Source: a bacterium (GTDB lineage Bacteria; Krumholzibacteriota; Krumholzibacteriia; Krumholzibacteriales; Krumholzibacteriaceae). Taken from it: a stretch of 64,000 nucleotides of DNA. The stretch spans positions 3,664,017 to 3,728,016 of the forward strand of contig CP070727.1 in assembly GCA_020350885.1 (NCBI GenBank), given 5' to 3'. The notes under the pieces are model-generated. The model saw only the letters and a list, made by a program, of their open reading frames with translations. It was not told the DNA's origin and ran no database searches. How positions within the stretch are numbered: position 1 is the stretch's first letter; the number at the start of each line of letters is the position of its first letter. This document shows, one piece after another, positions 58,203 to 64,000 of the stretch. Position numbers and translations under genes: made by a program.

Positions 58203-59381
58203 TCAGAGTCTGAGCAGTTTTCGGAGCCGCCTAAGGTCGTTTGTGGCGATCTCGATCAGCTCGGATAAGGCGTTCGATTCGTCTTCGTCACGCGTTCTCA
58301 TCCCGACCCATCCCCACCACGCCACCAGGACGGCGGACCATACGAATCCAATGGCGGTCGAAACGATCACGATGGCCCACCGGGGAAATCCCGCAGGCTT
58401 CTCCGGCAGATTCGGTTCATCGATGACCTGAACGGTCGGCGTATTGCGGGCTTTTTCTATTCCGGCCTCTTCATACTGCTCGCGCAGGAACGAGTACACA
58501 CGCTCGTTGACCTCGAGATCCCGTTCCATCGTGGCGTATTGCTGATAGAGTTCCGGCAGCTGCCGGAGCGGAACAAAAACCGCCTCGGCGGTATCGCCTT
58601 CCATGATCTTGTTGAGTTCCTGGAGATAGTTTTGGTATTCCGCCTCCTTGCGGAGGAGCTCGACGGCGTCCCTGCGGGCGAACTCCCTCAGAAGATCGAG
58701 CTCGATCTTTGTAATCGTAGTCCTGACCTTGATGTCGGCGGCCACATCGATCGCACCCCGAACCTGCTCCTCGAAGTCGACGATACCGTACTCATGCTGG
58801 AAACGGGATATCTCTTCACGTACCGCATCGAGCTGTTGCCGGTATTTTACGATCTGCTCGGATATAAAGCCGATCGTATTGGCGGCCCGGGTAAACTGAA
58901 GATAATGGTTCAACGTGTCGAGACCCTCGATATAGTACCGGGCGATCCTGACGGCCATCTCGGGTTCCTCATCCCGCACCTTGAGCCGTATCAAGCCTGT
59001 CTTGGTCACCGAGATCCTGGTGCGGGAATGCAGCTCCCCCACCGCCTCCTCCACCGTATCCGCGTCGTAACGCTTCTTGAGCCCGAGTGTCCTCACGATC
59101 ATCTCGCCCAGACGACGGCTCTCGATGATATCGGCAAGTATCGCAGCCGATGTGGAACCTCCCGTCGCCGGAATAACCACGGAGGGAAGGTTCAACTGGG
59201 CCATCCACGCGGTGAGCAACCCTTCACCCCCCTCCTCGAAGGGCGGCAGCAAGAGTGCCTTCGTTTCGTACTTGCGATCGGCGATCAAGGCGTACAGCAA
59301 GGATACGAAGAAGAACAGGAAGGTTACCAACAGAATAGGGCGTCGTTTGAGTATTACGAAATGCAAGAGGCGAAATCCCAT
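58203..59381 (-). CDS. Wzz/GumC-type polysaccharide chain-length determinant
   Basis: Two terminal TMs, periplasmic coiled coil, V..ID.P..P..P motif. Confidence 0.85.
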   Translation of the reverse strand: MGFRLLHFVILKRRPILLVTFLFFFVSLLYALIADRKYETKALLLPPFEEGGEGLLTAWMAQLNLPSVVIPATGGSTSAAILADIIESRRLGEMIVRTLGLKKRYDADTVEEAVGELHSRTRISVTKTGLIRLKVRDEEPEMAVRIARYYIEGLDTLNHYLQFTRAANTIGFISEQIVKYRQQLDAVREEISRFQHEYGIVDFEEQVRGAIDVAADIKVRTTITKIELDLLREFARRDAVELLRKEAEYQNYLQELNKIMEGDTAEAVFVPLRQLPELYQQYATMERDLEVNERVYSFLREQYEEAGIEKARNTPTVQVIDEPNLPEKPAGFPRWAIVIVSTAIGFVWSAVLVAWWGWVGMRTRDEDESNALSELIEIATNDLRRLRKLLRL

Positions 59382-59437
59382 TGCTCTGCTCCTATAGGGA
59401 TCGGGAGGTGCATCCGTGGAATCGTATTATCCCTGTT

Positions 59438-60457
59438 TCAATCATACCGTTTACTCTGTTTGATACAGAAGGTAAACATAAAACCCTGCGGATTTCCCCC
59501 GACCGCCAGATCCTCGAGTACATATATATATTCGGCATCCAGCTGGAACTGGAAGTTATACGTCCTGAAAACGGTGATCCCTCCACCGGCGATGAGTGCC
59601 AGACCCATCCCGCTATCGGCCCGGTCGTTGACCAGGATATCGCCGTTGATCTCCACGATCCGTTCCTTGGCCCTGATCCAGTGAACCCCCACGCCGGCGC
59701 TGAGAAAGGGTGCGAAGTCACCCCGGCTGAAGTATCTGCCGATCTTCGCATCGAGCAGTGCAATATCGATCGCCGAACCGCCGTCCTCGTTCATGCTGCC
59801 GCCCCAGCGGATCCCCGATCGTCCCGAGAGGAAAAAGTCCCTTGTGTCGTGTTGATAGGCGAGATCGAGCACGATCAGACGGATATCTCCCCCCATCGAT
59901 CCGTTGGCCGTCCACATGAATCCCGCCCGGAGACTCCTCGAAGAGTAAGAGGAGCGTCTCCGGGGTTCCTCCGCTTCCTCCTCCGTAATCAATCCGATCT
60001 CGGCGGTCGACTCGATCTTTCTCCCTTCACTCAACCCTATGGCGAGCCGCTTGAGGACGATATCCAGATCCTCCTCGTCAAGGGATACACCGTCGTCGCT
60101 GAAGATAATTGATTCGCTTCCGGCATCCACCAACTGAACCATTATAATGAGCTTGTATCCCAACCTCGTCAGGGTGCCGGTGATGGCCCGTGCGTAACCC
60201 GCCTCACGTGCCAGGGCGGCCGTGCAGGATACGTCGGAGCAATCGGTGTACCCTACGACATCGAATGCATTGACGGGTATATACTTACCCTCCTGTTCCA
60301 AGGCCCCCTGAAATACGAGCATGACCGCATCAATGAGCTCCTCGTCCACCCCAACCCCCTTGAAACGGAAGAGAAGTACCCGATCGGCTGCCGAGAGCGA
60401 TCCCGTTGCTACGAGAAGAAGCACGATGAACAATGAGACTCTGTAGAGCTTCGTCAT
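59438..60457 (-). CDS. Exported protein: N-terminal alpha/beta (CsgG/DUF2380-like) domain plus predicted OMP beta-barrel
   Basis: Signal peptide; C...SC...LA...G....I.G.L..LG; alternating beta strands with PF..AG.G. Confidence 0.6.
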   Translation of the reverse strand: MTKLYRVSLFIVLLLVATGSLSAADRVLLFRFKGVGVDEELIDAVMLVFQGALEQEGKYIPVNAFDVVGYTDCSDVSCTAALAREAGYARAITGTLTRLGYKLIIMVQLVDAGSESIIFSDDGVSLDEEDLDIVLKRLAIGLSEGRKIESTAEIGLITEEEAEEPRRRSSYSSRSLRAGFMWTANGSMGGDIRLIVLDLAYQHDTRDFFLSGRSGIRWGGSMNEDGGSAIDIALLDAKIGRYFSRGDFAPFLSAGVGVHWIRAKERIVEINGDILVNDRADSGMGLALIAGGGITVFRTYNFQFQLDAEYIYVLEDLAVGGNPQGFMFTFCIKQSKRYD

Positions 60458-60643
60458 CCCAGCCTCCACCCCCTCTCCGCGATCCACTTCGCACCCGATC
60501 GTTTGATAATTCAGGGGAGTGTATCGCCTGAAACAAGCATAAAGCAAGGAAAAAGCGGGTCGTCTCCTAAAGTGGCCGGCTATCCATCTCAATAAGTAAT
60601 TTCCCCCACATTAGGACATTGCCAAATAGAGGGTGTCCCGCAG

Positions 60644-60994
60644 TTATCCCTTTTCGAATAAGATCTCGAGGCGTTCGGCCGCAAGACGGATGTGTGGAAT
60701 CACTATCGACCCGCCGACGACCAGTGCAATGTTGAACGCTTCGTAGAACTCCTCCTTCGAAATCCCCGCTTCCTTGCACTTGATGAGATGGTAGGAGATA
60801 CAATCGTCGCAGTGCAGTACAATCGAAGCGGTAAGCCCCATGAGCTCCTTGACATTTGCCGGTAGCACCCCAGCGTGATAGGCCTGTTCATCGAGTGCAA
60901 AGAACCGTTTGATACCCAGGTTACCGCTCGATAGCACAACCTCGTTGAGCCGGGAGCGCTCGTTCTCGAATTCCCTTCTCCATTTGGATGTCAT
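60644..60994 (-). CDS. Carboxymuconolactone decarboxylase/AhpD-like protein
   Basis: G.L...KEL.GL.AS.V..CDDCI.YH. Confidence 0.9.
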   Translation of the reverse strand: MTSKWRREFENERSRLNEVVLSSGNLGIKRFFALDEQAYHAGVLPANVKELMGLTASIVLHCDDCISYHLIKCKEAGISKEEFYEAFNIALVVGGSIVIPHIRLAAERLEILFEKG

Positions 60995-61091
60995 ACCACT
61001 TACACCAGCCTTTCAGGATCGGCCTCCGAGCCGATTGTAACGCTCCCCACCGCCTCGAAGGGTCCAGTCCGTTGCGTAATTACGGTTTTGA

Positions 61092-62318
61092 TCACATGGG
61101 TTTTATCCGAAGATACTTCTTTTTCCCGGCTCGTAGCAGAATTAAACCTGCCTCGAGATTCTCTCCCGATATCAACTCGTCGAACTTCTCGATGCGTCGG
61201 CCGTTCACATAAGCACCGCCCTGAGCTATGAGCCGCCGTGCCTCGCCCCGGGTCTTTACGAGACCTGCATCGGTGAAGAGGACAAAGGCCGGGATCCCGT
61301 CGGCGAGCCGCTGCCCTTCGATTTCGTATGTGGGAACGGCACCGTCGTCTCCCCCACCCACTTCCGCGAAGAGTGCCTGCGCTGCCGCCCTGGCTTTATC
61401 CGCCTCATCGGCACCGTGGTTGATCGTGGTCGCTTCGTTGGCGAGTACCTCCTTCGCTTCGCGCAGCTTCGCTCCCCCCTGGGACGTGAGCCGCCCGATC
61501 TCATCCATCGGTAGAAATGTAAAGAGCTTCAAGAACTTCTCTGTATCCCGGTCGTCGGTATTGATCCAGTACTGGTAGTAATCATAGGGGGAGGTTCGGG
61601 CCGCATCGAGCCAGACGGCACCCTGTTCGGACTTGCCCATCTTGGCACCGCCCGATGTGGTCAAGAGCGGGAACGTCATGGCCTCTGCTTCGCCCTGTTC
61701 GAGCCGTCGTATCAAATCGGCACCAGCCAGAATGTTGCCCCACTGATCGTTCCCCCCCATCTGGAGCGTGCAGCCGTAATTACGGTAGAGATGGAGAAAA
61801 TCGTACGACTGCAGCAACATGTAGTTGAACTCGATGAAGGTCAGCCCCGTCTCCAGCCTCTGGCGGTAGGACTCGGCGGCGAGCATCCGGTTCACACTGA
61901 AGTGACGGCCGATATCCCGCAGGAACTCGATGTAGTTGAGGGGCAGGAGCCACTCGGCGTTGTCCAGCATCAATGCCTTGTCCTGGGAGAATTCGAAAAA
62001 TCGGCCGAGCTGCCTCTTGAGCCCCCTGCTGTTCGAGGCTATCTCCTCTTTGGAGATGAGCTGCCTGAGTTCCGTTCTCCCGCTCGGATCACCGATCATG
62101 ACCGTGCCGCCGCCCATGAGAACGATAATCTGGTGGCCGTGCCGCTGCATATGGGCGAGCGCCATGATCGGTATGAGACTCCCCGCATGGAAGCTGTCGG
62201 ATGTCGGATCGAAGCCGATGTAGCAGGTGGTCGGGGTGGACAGCATTGCCCTGACTTTCTCCGCATCGGTGACCTGCTCTATGAAGCCCCGCTCCTTGAG
62301 AACATCGTAGGCGTTCAT
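61092..62318 (-). CDS. tyrS: Tyrosine--tRNA ligase
   Basis: Y.GFDPT, HAGS, GDPSG, GG.DQWGNI, KMGKS motifs and S4 domain. Confidence 0.98.
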   Translation of the reverse strand: MNAYDVLKERGFIEQVTDAEKVRAMLSTPTTCYIGFDPTSDSFHAGSLIPIMALAHMQRHGHQIIVLMGGGTVMIGDPSGRTELRQLISKEEIASNSRGLKRQLGRFFEFSQDKALMLDNAEWLLPLNYIEFLRDIGRHFSVNRMLAAESYRQRLETGLTFIEFNYMLLQSYDFLHLYRNYGCTLQMGGNDQWGNILAGADLIRRLEQGEAEAMTFPLLTTSGGAKMGKSEQGAVWLDAARTSPYDYYQYWINTDDRDTEKFLKLFTFLPMDEIGRLTSQGGAKLREAKEVLANEATTINHGADEADKARAAAQALFAEVGGGDDGAVPTYEIEGQRLADGIPAFVLFTDAGLVKTRGEARRLIAQGGAYVNGRRIEKFDELISGENLEAGLILLRAGKKKYLRIKPM

Positions 62319-62645
62319 ATATCAGATGCTCCTTACCACAGGATCGAATCGAATATTATCAGACAGTATATCTACTAAACATTAAAACGATTTCACGATT
62401 CAGTAAACAGTAAAGAGTTCGAAGCGTGTAAGCGCCGAACGTTTTTGGTGATTAGTGAAAGCATATTTCCAACACTTCGGATTCTGTTTTCGATTGACCG
62501 ATTCACCGTAATGGAGGTATACAGAGTAACAAACATCGTGAGACCGATACGACAATCCATATAGCTAACCTCTTGGGAGTGCAGCACTTGCCACAAGGTG
62601 CTCCACTTCAGCGTTGCATAGACCGTCAAAGCGAAGGAAGATACA

Positions 62646-64000
62646 ATGAAGCTGATCAGATGTATTCCCATAGCGATACTTATCGTTGTGACTTGCCCTG
62701 CCATTGCACAATCGGACCTTCCCCCGTATCACGGTGAATACGACTTTCTCATGGCCTCCCCCGGAGGGCTTACCTACGGGCTCTACGGTTATGTGAACCC
62801 GGCGCTCATCCGCTATGTCGAGCGTCCGGATCTCCTCTTTGCCTTCTCCGATTCAGAGGGTGACCTGGAGGACTTCGACCGATGGGGTCTCTTTGGGGCG
62901 AGACACCTCTTCAATCTTCCGATCGGATTCGGTGCCGTACACAGAAGCACGGATCTCGGGAGTGTGACCGATTACCGGATCTCCATTGCAAGGGGAAACA
63001 GGAACCTCTGCTACGGCATCGGTTTCGGCTGGTCGGGAGGCGATACCGATGCACTCGGTCGCACGGATGTCGTAACCCTCGGAACACTCGTAAGACCCAA
63101 CCGCTACCTCTCGCTCGGACTCTCGTCGGTCCTGGCCACCAACGGGGACCACCGTGAAGGCGTCGTCGATCTGGCGATCCGCCCGTTGGCCGACGAGAGG
63201 ATCACACTCTTCTCCGATTACGCGCTCCAGGACGACGAGCGTCTCGAGGATGGCCACTGGAGCGCCGGCCTCGCCGTCGAGGCGCTGCCCGGCGTGCGTA
63301 TCACGGGGCGCTACTTCGACACCGAGGCCTTCGCATTCGGGCTGGCGGTAAGCTTCGGGCGGATCGGCCTGGGGAGCCAGGCCTTCTACGATGAGGAGCA
63401 GAACTACGGCTACAACACATACAGTGTGCGGCTCGGCGCCACCGACCGTAATATATTCCGCACCTACCTCGCCCGAAGGAAACGCTACCTCAAGCTCGAT
63501 ATCCACGGTCCCGTCAGGTACCAACGGTACCGCCTCTTCGACAGGTCGATCACACTCACGGGGCTCCTCTCCGCCATCGACGCCGCCATGACGGACGATA
63601 CGATCGCCGGCATCGCACTCGACATCTCCGGCATGCGCATCAACCGGGAGATGGGATGGGAGCTTCGCGAGAAGCTCGCTGAGTTCAAGAGAGCGGGCAA
63701 GCATACAATCGTCTTCGCCGACGGGTTGGACATCGACGGTTACCACCTCGCTTCAGTCGCCGACCGTATCGTCATGGATCCGTCGGTCGGAATGATACTC
63801 GAGGGATACCTCCTCGGGCGGACCTACCTGAAGGGGACAATGGAAAAGGTGGGGCTCGGATTCGACGAATGGCGTTTCTTCACGTACAAATCGGCATACG
63901 AGGGATATTCCAGAAAGACAATGTCGGATGCGGACCGGGAGCAGCGTCAGCGCCTCGTCGATGAATACTACCGTCTGGCACGGAGTGAAATATGCGAATC
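62646..64000 (+). CDS. sppA: Signal peptide peptidase SppA (S49) with long N-terminal beta-rich domain; 3' truncated
   Basis: Read manually from ATG 62646 (SD AAGGAAG): signal peptide, NPA motif, beta strands, then ELREKLAEFKRAGK, YHLASVADRIVMDP, YKSAYE; absent from the ORF track because it runs off the window. Confidence 0.85.
   Translation, partial: MKLIRCIPIAILIVVTCPAIAQSDLPPYHGEYDFLMASPGGLTYGLYGYVNPALIRYVERPDLLFAFSDSEGDLEDFDRWGLFGARHLFNLPIGFGAVHRSTDLGSVTDYRISIARGNRNLCYGIGFGWSGGDTDALGRTDVVTLGTLVRPNRYLSLGLSSVLATNGDHREGVVDLAIRPLADERITLFSDYALQDDERLEDGHWSAGLAVEALPGVRITGRYFDTEAFAFGLAVSFGRIGLGSQAFYDEEQNYGYNTYSVRLGATDRNIFRTYLARRKRYLKLDIHGPVRYQRYRLFDRSITLTGLLSAIDAAMTDDTIAGIALDISGMRINREMGWELREKLAEFKRAGKHTIVFADGLDIDGYHLASVADRIVMDPSVGMILEGYLLGRTYLKGTMEKVGLGFDEWRFFTYKSAYEGYSRKTMSDADREQRQRLVDEYYRLARSEICE

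Noticed and set aside
58539-59684. 381-aa plus-strand ORF
   Set aside because: Antisense to the Wzz-like and OMP genes
62576-62609. Hairpin upstream of sppA; possible T-box for tyrS
   Set aside because: No T-box consensus; isolated hairpin only
62853-63746. 297-aa minus-strand ORF
   Set aside because: Shadow of plus-strand sppA

Overview
A 64-kb window of a moderately GC-rich diderm bacterial chromosome. FlgD-Ig/QNYPNPFNP C-terminal domains and gene content suggest an FCB-group candidate lineage such as Krumholzibacteriota or Latescibacterota (inference). Left part: membrane protein, M24/M29/M14 peptidases (the M14 gene is frameshifted just before its sorting domain) and an O-antigen ligase-like gene. 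Next is a sulfate-activation/modification cluster (two AlkP-superfamily enzymes, an SGNH protein, cysDN, a sulfatase-like gene) and three transporters (EamA, NSS, AGCS). Middle: a long minus-strand housekeeping run (EF-G paralog, yebC, ruvCAB, queA, tgt, yajC, def, fmt, PASTA, rpe, then ffh, rpsP, khpA, rimM, trmD, rplS, rnhB, yraN). Right part: Yip1, PDZ and GT4/GT2 genes, then a four-gene operon (TPR-PEGA; STAND ATPase-TM-4xPEGA; Hanks kinase-STAND ATPase; 1662-aa secreted FG-GAP protein). It is followed by a propeller protein, M61 peptidase, cobB, Wzz-like, OMP, CMD, tyrS and a partial sppA. The best novelty candidates are: (1) the split STAND-coupled transmembrane kinase operon; (2) an orphan structured RNA with a perfect sigma70 promoter and its own terminator at 21866-22074; (3) a shared LRxLGY C-terminal tag on three proteins of the sulfur cluster; (4) two further structured intergenic elements. 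No tRNA, rRNA, CRISPR or transposase was recognised. All family assignments are by eye from motifs; no database search was run.
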